DNA of 62,011 nucleotides, filler included, from Choristocarpus tenellus KU-1152 (Eukaryota > Protista > Phaeophyceae), in the NCBI GenBank assembly GCA_964200185.2. It is 9 parts of 9 records of this genome, joined end to end, with 100 filler letters (N's around TTAATTAATTAA, not from the genome) between each part and the next. Parts side by side here need not be neighbours in the genome. Positions count along the whole stretch, not along the records: positions 1 to 9,891 come from CAXNAD020003303.1; positions 9,992 to 16,014 come from CAXNAD020009142.1; 7 more parts are not named here. One strand, 5' to 3'. Shown one piece after another: positions 1 through 10,800 of the stretch. The position numbers and the translations under genes were made by a program. Every line of letters begins with the position of its first letter. Position 1 is the stretch's first letter. The notes beneath the pieces were generated by a model. It searched no databases. It saw only the letters and a list, made by a program, of their open reading frames with translations, and was not told where the DNA came from.

Positions 1-49
1 ATGGACACCCTGGTGTAGACCCCCCCCCCCCTCCCAGATACTTTGGGTC
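1..49 (-). mobile_element. MITE family B terminus (G-tract relative of family A), truncated by window edge
   Basis: Reverse complement reads GACCCAAAGTATCTGGGAG(G)n, the same end as 61945-62011 and 16115-16151. Confidence 0.6.
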
Positions 50-55
50 ATTCAC

Positions 56-2550
56 CTGAAAGTAACGCCATGACTCTTGCCTTGGCCTGTCTTTCAGATA
101 GCAGCTCTGCCATGCGATCCCTTTGCCTCTGAATGTAGATTGCGATTGCATCACCTGCTACTTCAACCCATGGTAAAATGTGTGTGTATTTGCATTTGTG
201 TGTGAGTGATATGAATTGATACAACTACCAGAAATTGTCTGCTGCTGTAGTAGATGCAGCGGGCTACTGTATTTGAGCTTATTGTATGATAGATGTAGGC
301 ATATCTACACGGTGATATTAAGAGTGGGATGGATCCTGGGCCAAGCTATTGGTCACAGAGGGTTGGCCCAAGCAATCGTATTTGTCTAAGCCAGGCACCA
401 TTTGAGAATATCTCCCCTCTATTGGACTACCATTGGGGTAACAAGAAGGTCCGTATCACCATGTCCATGTGCATGGTGCATTGAAGTATCTCACTGTGGT
501 AATTGTATAGTCGTTCACCTTTTCAAAACCTGCAATAGTGCAGATAGAGAAGAGATAAAACTATCCACACCTTGTCGAAGCACGTTGATCTTCATTCCCT
601 GCGGATAACCCCTTTTTACCTCAATATATCTAGTATAGCCTCAATTTGTCACCCAAGGCAATTCGGGCAAAACTTTATCCTTTTAAAGTAGAAGCGACAA
701 AATCTGTGAAATGACAGCAGAGTGAAAGTATCTTAGAGGGTACAGATTTTGCCCTGTTTGTCCATTTGGGGCTTGACTTCCCACGCTTTTTTTTTACATT
801 TTCCCTACTCCAAAACATTTTGGAGTAGGAAAAAAATTACGTTTTGGAGTAGGTATAATGTATAAACTACGAAAAGGTGTGCCCGGAACGAGGACATTGA
901 CACTTCCTAATAAACATGGTAGCCAAAATTTCATCAAAATCACAACGTTGGATTTGGCCCCCAAACAGATGTGGCTCTACCCCTAAAGATACTTTGACTC
1001 AGCATGCTAGGTTATGTTCCACTTCCTTTGATTGTTCTTCATTGATACGGCAAACACGTTGGCCATTGTACTTCAAACAAAACACTTGACGGGTCCAATA
1101 TTGCACCTGTGTAGGACATATGCACCTGCTCAGTCATTGGTGTACAACGATGTGCGAATTCAATGGACACCTCAGAACCGGAAACCCTTTCAGCTAGATG
1201 GAGTGCAGTTGAACACAGAACAATTACTTTTCAAGGGTAACACCATTGCCCTTTGCGAATAGGGAAGCCTCTCTAGAAACTGGGGGTGTACATGATGCTT
1301 CACACATGTACTGCCCACCGCTTGGCTAGACTGATTATAAGGATGACAGAATCGACAATCACAGAATGTGTGAAACTATGTTTGAAATAATAGTTAAGGC
1401 ACAAGCAGAAATAATTCAACCTTTATTCCCTCTATTGATTGGGAAGTAAAGAAACACATTTTTTCACCTATTTCTTGATACATTTTATTGAAATTTTGGT
1501 TTCCTCAGATACTACCTGCTATCGTCAGACACAAAACTGGGGGCCTCAACGTGATGATGAAATTGAGTGGAAGCATCTTAGAGGGTACAAGTTTTGACAT
1601 GTTTGTCCATTTGGGCCTTGGCTTCCCGTGTTTTTTTTTATGACATTTTTCCACTCCAAAATGTTTCGGAGTAGGTCAAATGTATACGTTATGAAAAGGT
1701 GTGTCCGGAACAAGGATACTAACACTTCCCAACAAACACGGTACCCAAAATTGCATCAAAATTGCAACATTGGATTTTGACCCTGAAATGGACGCGGCCC
1801 TACCCTCTAAAAGATATTTTGACTCAAGTGAGGGATATTTTGTAAACTCTGTTCATTTGAAAGATTTACGGAGGGAAGGGAGAAGCAACTCTAACACCAA
1901 CCGAATATCCTCTTCACACCATACCGGAGCCTTACTCTTGTTATTGCACCATGAAAAAAGAACTGTTTGGGTGATCACAATGTCTCGATCATGTATCTGA
2001 ATTGTGTACATTACAAACAGAACGATCCCACCTTGAACCACCGCCTGTTTCTGAACTGATTATAGTCAAAATGAGAGTTCACATGGGTTAAGCTGTTTGA
2101 CAGTACTCTCCTAAGGCCTAAATCAGAAGTCATTGTTGCGAAGAGAATGTTACACCCTAGCAAGTATCCATTCTATACCTAGACTACATTACGTGTTAGT
2201 TGAATGTACTTCAAGAGCCAAATTATCTTAGAGGGTGGATCCACGTCCATTTGGGGGCCTAAATCCAATGTTGCGATTTTGATGCAATTTTGTCTATCGT
2301 GTTTGTTAGGAAGTGTCAATATCCATCTTCTGGACGCACCTTCTCATTAACATATACAGTTTATCTACTACTAAACATTTTGGAGTAGGAGAATGTCATA
2401 ACAGAACCCATGGGAAGCCAAGCCCCAAGTGGAAAAACAGGGCAAAACTAGTACCCTCTAAGATAATTATACTCTCAACACACCTCTAAACGCATCATAT
2501 TTCTTCTTCACAGATCTGTCATCAGTGTACTTCAAGAAAACCAAAAACAG
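56..2550 (-). CDS. Partial multi-exon gene, unknown protein (putative exons 2484-2550, 1870-1962, 1126-1193, 519-598, 229-304, 56-154; probably continues upstream to ~3500)
   Basis: Six consecutive AG/GT-bounded segments join in consistent phase into an open peptide (LFLVFLKYTDDRSVKKKYDAFRVLFSWCNNK...LLLPSLPERVSGSEV...MTEQGMKINVLRQ...LKRYAYIYH...QFLVMQSQ...RYFQ). The three complete MITEs all fall in the inferred introns. No family recognised. Confidence 0.5.
720..1000 (+). mobile_element. MITE family A copy 1 (Sola-like non-autonomous DNA transposon)
   Basis: Termini GAGTGAAAGTATCTTAGAGGGTA ... TACCCCTAAAGATACTTTGACTC; perfect 4-bp TSD AGCA (716-719 and 1001-1004); small internal duplication of TTTTGGAGTAGG. 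Confidence 0.85.
1565..1825 (+). mobile_element. MITE family A copy 2
   Basis: Collinear with copy 1; GAG...CTC ends; flanks AATT and AAGT (TSD with one mismatch). Confidence 0.85.
2215..2474 (-). mobile_element. MITE family A copy 3 (inverted)
   Basis: Reverse-complement copy; GAGCCAAATTATCTTAGAGGGT ... ACCCTCTAAGATAATTATACTC; perfect TSD TCAA (2211-2214 and 2475-2478). Confidence 0.85.
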
Positions 2551-4636
2551 CTGAATATCACAAGACCATTGCGATTGAATTAGAGCCCCACAGTAGCATT
2601 GAGCGTTAGAGTATGATAGGTCACTTTGGACAATAACATTCTGCCTTCTAAGGATAGTTTTTTTTGCAGGATTAAATTGATTAGGCTTTGGGTTCAAGTA
2701 CGTGCATTGGTGGATAGTGCATGCCAGTGAGGCTAAGGTCTTGCTGCATAAGTTATATCAATAAAAAAAATGTTTTTTCTGTACTCCCACTGCCGAAAAA
2801 AACTTTTTTTCTGCCTCTTTCTCTCTTGCTATGGCCACTCTTCTCACCTCCTACGCTACTGCCCTCTAGGGTGCAGAGCTCTGCTGCAGATGCTTGGAGG
2901 ATGTGTGAGGGAATCGATGACAGCTGGTCAGGTCTCAGAAGGGGCCATGAACCCAGGTCTACTTCGCTTGGAATTGTTCTATCCCCTGAGATGAGTTTTT
3001 TTCCTCCCATTGCATGCATGATGTTGAACTATCCTGAAGCCCCGTTTGTTTTCTAAAATAACGTGATCCGCACAGCTCTTGAGATCTTCCCCGATCCAAT
3101 ATCAAGCCCCATGACGATGCACTGTGCTGAATAGACCAAGTTAGGCGTGAGGGAGAACTGGTACATAGTTGATGATGCAGAAGGGTGCAAAGATCGAAAT
3201 TGGTTTCGAGGGCAAGCGGAGTGGACGAAAATCTCGATAGGGGAAAAAAGGTCTCATTACGATTAATTGTAGCTTGTATACTGACTACAAAAAATGTGTT
3301 CAAAGGTTGTGCTGGCGGTAGCCACATATATTCCTGGTGGCCTTCACGCAACAGCAAGAGAACGTGCCAAAGTACAAAACATCTTGTGTGAACTCTCTGT
3401 GAGTTTATAATCTCCTCCAATCTGTCGCGATTGGTGTGGGCAGGAAGTGACTGAGCACTTGGTCCCTGATGAGCGTTAATGTTTAAGAGGCATTGGTTCA
3501 AGAGTTTCCTAGGGTGTGGAGGGGGATTTAGCCCAGACCGTCTGTTAAGGGCTTGATAAGGCCATATAACCTATCCTAGTTTGATGTCCTTTTTTCAGGT
3601 GATTTTCCGTGGATTTGGTGCTGACAGAGGATGGAAAAGGAAGGCGCATCCAGATGAAGAAATTTTCCCCTACATCTGACAAGTTCCCTCAGATGACATG
3701 GAAATCACTACAGGGTCACAAAGGCCCCGAATGGATGCTTGAACACCCTACTAGGATACTATGGGCCTTGTGCATAACATACAATACTTCATACTTGCGC
3801 CATATTGGGACCATGTGTGAAAGACATGATACAAGGTGCTCCAACCGAAAACATCGACCTGACATACGTACAGCCCTCAAGTGATAAATAAGGTGCTATA
3901 ACCGATCTATCACATAAAATATCTCACTTCGTTTGTGGGAATTTGGACATCGCGGCGTGGGGACTGGATGAGATTTCCTGGGGGTAGACATCCTCAAGAG
4001 TTTGATACTCCTGGCGTTTCTCATTCTTCCATACACCAGCTTTTGCCTCTCTCCACAGTTATCGTAGTGCAAAGGCAAGTATAGACGAGGGTGAAGGTAG
4101 GCACCGGCCACGGGTGATAGGTCATGTGAGGTTCTTGCAATCAATGCGTGTGCCACCAATTAGACTTACGAACGATGGTCATTTTTTGAAAATGAAATAT
4201 ATGAAGTGAAATATGTATGGAGTGAAACGACTAGCAATCTGCTCCTCCAGAGGAGGATTCCCAAGTAAATCTTACCTTACCGTTATCCTTCCTAAACAAG
4301 TTCCATATCACCAACAAAATGTAAATCATGACTATTATTGTGGGGATCCAACACCAACCAAGGACCTGTTGATGGGGCTTGGGACCGTGAGTGGATGACC
4401 ATATCAAGTTACATAGGTCAGTTGGCTGAGAGGTTTTGCTTGGTGAGTCTGAGTTAGAATGGTTTTCCTCATTGGTTTTGCGTGTGACGAGCCACTATAT
4501 ACTCCTTCATTGTCATGCTTGTGTCTTGCAACCAGTACCTGCGCGATTGCCAAGTCCCCGATAATCATACTCTGCGCTCTCCAAGCAGGTTCCTATCAGT
4601 GTGTCATTTCTTTCGTAGGAAAGCTCTTGGCTGTAG

Positions 4637-5292
4637 GAATTGATTTGTGACAACCAAGATGAGCAGACCATTGCAAGGTATGATCTGGTGTTGTAACCTG
4701 AAGGGTTGTTTTTGAACCTGTTGCTCACCTCTTTCAATGTGTCACGTTCCTAGAATGCTATCCTATCGAAGCAGATGCTCGATTCCTTCCTTTCCAGCAA
4801 GGCTCGTCTATCAAGCCTACCTAAACCGCTGCAGGGAACGAGCAGGCTATCTGCTACACCAAAGGCCTTACAAGTTATTAGTTGAAATCTCATCTGCATC
4901 ATCCTGCATGTGGACTATGGACTCTCTACTCTGGGGTTTCAACTCCTTACTTTGCTGGCATTTTTCCCTCACCCCCCTCCTGGTGCAACTATTATATCGT
5001 TTTCTGGTAACGTATTGTTTTCCCGACTGACAGTAACAATGTCATCCTTGTGCCCTTGCCACACGCTCAGGTATTCGTACTTGGTGTTGATGACATGCAT
5101 GCCCATAATGCTGCAGCAATGAAAATGATTATGACCCTTGGTCCAACTCCACATGCACCTCATTCCCTGCCTGCATTGTCCCTGGGAGGGAGATGTGTCG
5201 CCTCTCACTCAGAGCAGATCCACATTGGCCGCGTCGGTATGCCCCAATTCATCCTCGTCTTTTCCTTTATCCACTCTTCTGACCATACGTAA
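4637..5292 (+). CDS. Possible 3' exons of an unknown gene (~4637-4677, 4754-5006, 5071-5292)
   Basis: Phase-consistent GT-AG joins give ELICDNQDEQTIARMLSYRS...LLYRFLVFVLGVDD...HSSDHT*. Introns are short (76 and 64 nt), no homology is recognised, and a minus-strand reading cannot be excluded. Confidence 0.3.
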
Positions 5293-5561
5293 ATACGTAC
5301 CTACCTGACATTTCTTTCTTAAGCCCTCTAATTCAAGCATTTTCCCTTCGTGCAAATTAAGTGGAATCCAAGTATCCCTTCGTGTGCGATTAACTTGTAG
5401 TATTACTTATCACTTGCTTTCGACGTCGTATGATATAGCTCTATCGATTTTTCCTGTTGTACTTCTTATGTTCAAATCTGCTGCATCCCTGTTGTCTGTA
5501 ATAACTGACACCCTGGTGAAGGTTTGATCATCTTGCTTTCGTGCGAGGAGGGGGGACGGGG

Positions 5562-8500
5562 ATGGGCGATGTGGAACCATTTGGCGTCGCTGCTCCGCTT
5601 GACCGACAGCTCTTTCTGGATATCACACTTGAGGTTCTAGAGAAAAGCCTCCTCGTGTTTTGTCCGTTTGGAATACCTAAGTACCTTCGAGCATCGTTCA
5701 ATACTGAAGATGCTTTTATTCGCAGATTCTCCCCAAGGTTTCGGCAGATCCTTGAGGCCGTATCGGAAGCAGTATACGCTCATCAAGGCGTATCTGAGAG
5801 TGAAATGGCCGTCACACTGCACAGGTGATTATTTTTGCCTTCCTTTTTTTCTTGGCCTTTTTCTCCTTGTAACCCAGAGCTCATATGGTAGGTAAATCCT
5901 CAGAGCTGATGCGTTTCTGGCCATGGTCCTTCGTTGAGTTGATGTGAGTGAGCTCCAACTGAGAATAAGAATACGACCTAAGTAATTTTGGTAGCTCTCA
6001 CAACTACATGTCTGGTAATTGATGTACGGTATGCACTAGGGATCATGAAAGGTGCAGAGTTGGAGATGGATTGTCACTGCAGGGGATGTATGCCGCTGAT
6101 AGTACTGGTGAATGTGTTGTATTTTATTGGTGTGTATTTCCAGTATTGAACGAAGTCATGTGCTAATGTTGGAATCAGCTCTTGTTTTCTGTGTTGAATG
6201 ATGTGTCGATGTAGGGAGGAACCCATTGTTATGAGTGGACCCCCCAATCAACTTGAGAATTGTGTCCATCTATGTGCATTCGCTGTCCAGTCTTGGGTCT
6301 CACTTCCATTTAACACTGTTAAGAGCAATAGTGATAGCATGTTATATTCGCGTGTATATTGCACTACCTACTGTGATGATGTGTAGACTTGGTGAAATCA
6401 TAGCCTTTCACAGGATGAATGAAGGTGAGGGGTGATCACCATCAGGTTCCTCGTGAGTACTATGCCCTATTGGACGTGTCAGCGCCATCAATTCTTCAAT
6501 CACAACCCGATAAAGAGAGCAGGTCAAAACTGGGAGGCTTTCCAGATGGTGGTTGATATAATCTGATCAATAAATGCAATCCTTGCTATAACGAATTGAG
6601 ACCTATATCTACAACACGATTTCTCATCCCTCCATTATTTAGGTAACTTTAGTATCAAGATTATGTACCTTCACTGTTGCTATTAGCACCTCTGAAATCA
6701 CGCTATTGGTATTTTTGGCAATCGTGACAAACTGTCACACTCTGTGAAATGAGAGCATTTTGGAGTACCTAGAAAAATCAGGTTCCGAGACTGGTTGTTA
6801 CGCCCACTCACCGTTTTTTTTTTTTTTTTGTGTGTGTGTGTGTTTTGTAGTGTTGTAGAGTGTTGTGTGCATATTTTTTTTTTTTTTTTTTTTTTAGATG
6901 GGAAGGGCACGCGTNNNNNNNNNNTCTCTTCTCTTTTCTTTTTTTTTTTTTTTTTTTTTTTGTGTGGTGGTGCCCCCCCCCCCCCCTTTTTTTTTTTTTT
7001 TTGTGTGTGTGTGTGTTCTGAATGGTGTTAGACAGTGCTGAGTTCATCTTTTTTGATTTTTTTCATTTAGATGGGCACTCCTTTCTCGAAAATATGTTAG
7101 AACGGGACAGGGGTTGAGATTGTAGGGTCTTGAGCGTTTGAAGCGCCCTCGTTTGTTGACTGGCAAGAGGCTGGGTAGTTGACTTTTTGTGTGCAATGGG
7201 CAGATATGTGGAGGAAGAGAAGGACGAAGAGGTGATGGCTGCAATTGCTGCAATGGGCGACGCCTTGCGCCAAGTTTATTCCCCCCCAAGGTGAGTTTGA
7301 TATTGGCTCTTATGTCGTCCTTAGGGTGCATTGCTGATGGCGATATCGATACCTTTTTTTTTCTCTCAGTTAAAAAGATACAGGGGGTATTGAGACAGGC
7401 GTTGCATGTTTGTGCTGACCAGCGCTCCCTTCAACAGGATTGTGGAGCTGTCTACAGTCCTCAGTGCAGGCGAGCTGGCCTCACTTTCTGTTCTCATGGG
7501 TGAACTTGGAGTTTTTTACAGACCTGGCATGGTGCTTCCTATACACCCTTCAGGAGATGCTGGTGGCTGTTCTGAGGATGGCATGGAAGCAACTGTGCAA
7601 GGGGGAACTTGTCTAGAAGTCAGTCCTGCCCACCGGCAAGGAGATAGCCATATCCTTGCTAAACAAAGGCAGGCAAGGGTACTAAGAATGGGCCGTTGCT
7701 GGGGCCCCCAGTCGCTAGAAGCTTGCAACACTGGGGCTCTAAGGAGCAATGTCTACCCTGAAGTGTTTGTTTGCCTGGGCATGCAGGTAGAAACTCCACA
7801 AGTTGCACCAGACGACTGCGGAGATTCACAGGAAAAACAAAGCACCATGTCATTTGACATGCAGAAAGCTGAGCGTATGGCGGTGGTGTCAAGCCTATCA
7901 GCTATGGACGCAGTTAGAGAACGATGGAAAGCTTTGGAAAGTGGAGGCAGCTTGAGGCAACCAACTCTCCAGGTAGGGGATTGGCATTTTTAGTCCAGTG
8001 CCCCCCAAAAAGGCCATTTCGGGTTTTGTCTCCATGTTATGTATGTACATTTACAGGAGGTTATTCTGTTGCAGGGATTTACCATGATGCTAAGAAACCC
8101 CCCAGGCAGGCGGGGAGGTGACTACTTATTCCACTATCCGTATAGAGTACTGCTTCAAGGTACATCACACAATTTTCACTTGGCCCTTCCCTTTTTGTTG
8201 TTGGAGGGAACTCTCCTACAGGGATTCAATTCCAAGCAAGCAAAGTACAACTAGCTTGAGTCTAACCATTGCTAAATTCCCTTCCTCAGGCGTTGGCAGA
8301 AGCACATGCATCAGGCCCTGATGGCATTCCTTACCGGGGAAACACTTGTGACACCAGTGGTGATGACAAACATAGAGGTGAAATGAAGGAAGGACCTATC
8401 TCTTCCTCAGGAGGGCATACCTGTGTCCACCGGGACTGGAGTCACAAAGAGGCTGTGGAGGCTGTTGATTCAGCAGCCTGTGTGGCTTTTGCTGACGATC

Positions 8501-9653
8501 CCCTGTTTGCATTAGTACACGAGTTGGAATGGCACCTAAGAGAATGTACCAATGGGAATGAGACTCACCTGAGAGCAGCGGCCCAGGAAAGAACTCAGCA
8601 ACTGCTGGACTTGCATGGCGCAAGCGTGAATACAAGAGGTGACCAAGGTTGGCGGGGTGTGGAGAGGTGGTTGGAGGTAATCCGCATCTCTCAGGTGTAC
8701 AGGGCGCTTGCGGAGGAGAGCGTGAGCAAAGGGAGCCTCAAGACAGGAGTGGAATGGTACAGCAAGGGGTTTGCGGAGGGCTATGGGTGGCTACCCGATA
8801 GGTGGGTGTGTTGCGGAGAGAGATGAGTCAGTTTTTCTGTCTATTTTTTTTACTAGTATCAAGTTTTGCTCGCGGGGATAGGTGCAATTATTGCACCTGA
8901 TGCTAGTCTGATTGCGCCCCCCTGCATTGCATCAGATCCTTGTCTGAATTGTTGGCCAGCCGAGCGGTGTGCGAGCATGGCGATGGGCTCCATGATGCTG
9001 CTGCCAGGGACGCAGATGCTGCCTTGGCTCTCTTTCCTGGTTGTGCAGATGGATACCTAGTTCGTGGGCAGGTGAAGTTCGATTCTCAGGTCACTCGCAT
9101 ACCGGTGCAGTAGTCTCACCCTTTTTTTGGGGGGGGGGTAGACAGTTCTTCGTCTGATAGAAGTGGATCTAGGTGATATTGTTACTACGGTTTTTTAAAT
9201 TATGAACATTTGAATTGTTCGGGCCCCTGTCCATTGCCGAGTGACTCGGTCTCCTCCACTAGCACGAACCCTTCTCGTTGAAATGTACATGTGTGTTGAG
9301 GATAATGTACATGTGTGTATTGTGCAATGGTTTGTTGCCAGAATGATCTTTGCGTGTGTGTTGTGCTTCAGCGCCACCTATCATGGAGCTCAGTTCTTTC
9401 CCAGCACAGATAGTAGTGTGGGCAATTCTAATCCCCTTTTCTACTGAGCCTCGCAACTGCCCCTGGACTCACAACTGTCTTTTTTGTGGCAACCCATTGC
9501 ACAGTGCCGCCAGATGCATGGAAACCACGAGGGAGCTTTGGATGATCTTGTCAAATCCTTTGTGCTGGATGGAGGTGCAGATCCCGCTTCAGCAACCGCC
9601 CGTGCCCAGGCAATCGAAGATGTGGCCCGTGAAGCTTGTAGGACACATGCAGG
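5562..9653 (+). CDS. TPR-repeat protein, 3' end missing (exons 5562-5824, 7204-7290, 7399-7972, 8290-8801, 8936-9071, 9505-9653)
   Basis: Phase-consistent splicing. Three tandem TPR-like motifs: VYRALAEESVSKGSLKTGVEWYSKGF / LLASRAVCEHGDGLHDAAARDADAALALFPGCA / DGYLVRGQCRQMHGNHEGALDDLVKSFVLDG. The start codon and the 7399 acceptor are less certain. Confidence 0.75.
6812..7080. other. 10-N scaffold gap (6915-6924) with low-quality duplicated flanks (polyT, (TG)n)
   Basis: The polyT-(TG)n...TTTAGATGGG pattern occurs on both sides of the gap, which indicates an assembly artefact. Confidence 0.7.
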
Positions 9654-9823
9654 GTGAGCAATCACAGGATTTTGACACCTGTTGGTGCTTTGTGCAGGCG
9701 TTTGTGTCTGTGGGTCATATGTGGGGTTGAGAACTTGACTGAACCGTTGAATGGTGCGCCTTCCTCTGCCCATGGCTTCTCCTTGGCACAGCTAGCTTTG
9801 CCCCACTGCTGAGCAATGAACTC

Positions 9824-9856
<33 letters not shown>

Positions 9857-9891
9857 ACCCCCCCCCCACGCCTCCTCCTCTTGGTTGCAAC

Positions 9892-9991
9892 NNNNNNNNN
9901 NNNNNNNNNNNNNNNNNNNNNNNNNNNNNNNNNNNTTAATTAATTAANNNNNNNNNNNNNNNNNNNNNNNNNNNNNNNNNNNNNNNNNNNN
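9892..9991. other. Artificial contig spacer N44-TTAATTAATTAA-N44 (also 16015-16114, 22348-22447, 26159-26258, 29250-29349, 49033-49132, 51998-52097, 56855-56954)
   Basis: Identical 100-bp spacer with a six-frame stop linker; genes and repeats are cut at these points. Confidence 0.95.
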
Positions 9992-10800
9992 CTTGCCTGG
10001 TGATTCTCTTCGCCACCCTTGCCTGAGTGAACCATGCCGCTACAGAATCACACGATTCACATTTCTCTTGAAATATATCGGGTTCTATACTTTCCCATTT
10101 TGAGATATATACATGACAGAGATCTTATTAGGAAGTATTTTTGAGTTAGTGAAATAAAAATTAAACAATTATCATTATGATTTATTGTATATATAGGTAA
10201 CAAATTCCAACCATCTCATCAAACAAATAATTAACTTATAGAATATTATTATGCCTGACATTTTGCAGATGTGTCAGGGGGAAACCAATGAAATTAACTT
10301 ATAGAATGTAGAAGAAACCCTACCAACCACATGTAACCTTGTACTCATTGTACTGATTAGTAATGTGGGAATGATTACTGTGAATAGTCTCGATTAGAGA
10401 ACGAGGTCCTTATATTCTATTGCCAGTCATTGTCAAAGATCCTCAAACTATTTGTTATATACTCTATAATGCCGAATTATGAACATTGAAAGAAATTTCA
10501 AAACCTCGTTTTTTCAAAATCATATAGGTTATTTAAAGACAAGAATATGAAAAGGAACATACAAGAAAGGTTTTTCTAATCTACAAAAGTTGTTCCGGGG
10601 TTTAGATTTAGAACAGTTGTCAGTACAGTGCTACGATTTGGTGGATAATATGATGGAACAGTTGATTGCTCACCATAATAGAGTGGTGTTGTAGTAAAAC
10701 AACTAACTGATTGTCACCTGTTGTAGAAGCGAAGAGTGCTTGACCTCACCCCCACCGTAGTTGGAGCGAGAATTCTGTTGCTGAATAGGACTGCCGAGGG

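Noticed and set aside
4780-5240. Resemblance to a gypsy integrase C-terminus (QAYLNRCRER...; EQIHIGR)
   Set aside because: The motifs are in the wrong order, no RT or integrase core is nearby, and the segments are bounded by plausible splice sites.
6698-7047. Poly-K and poly-F ORFs
   Set aside because: Translations of homopolymer and (TG)n sequence around an N gap inside an intron.
9936-9947. Palindromic TTAATTAATTAA repeated eight times
   Set aside because: Always centred in N runs; it is an artificial six-frame-stop linker. Gene neighbourhood across it carries no biological meaning.
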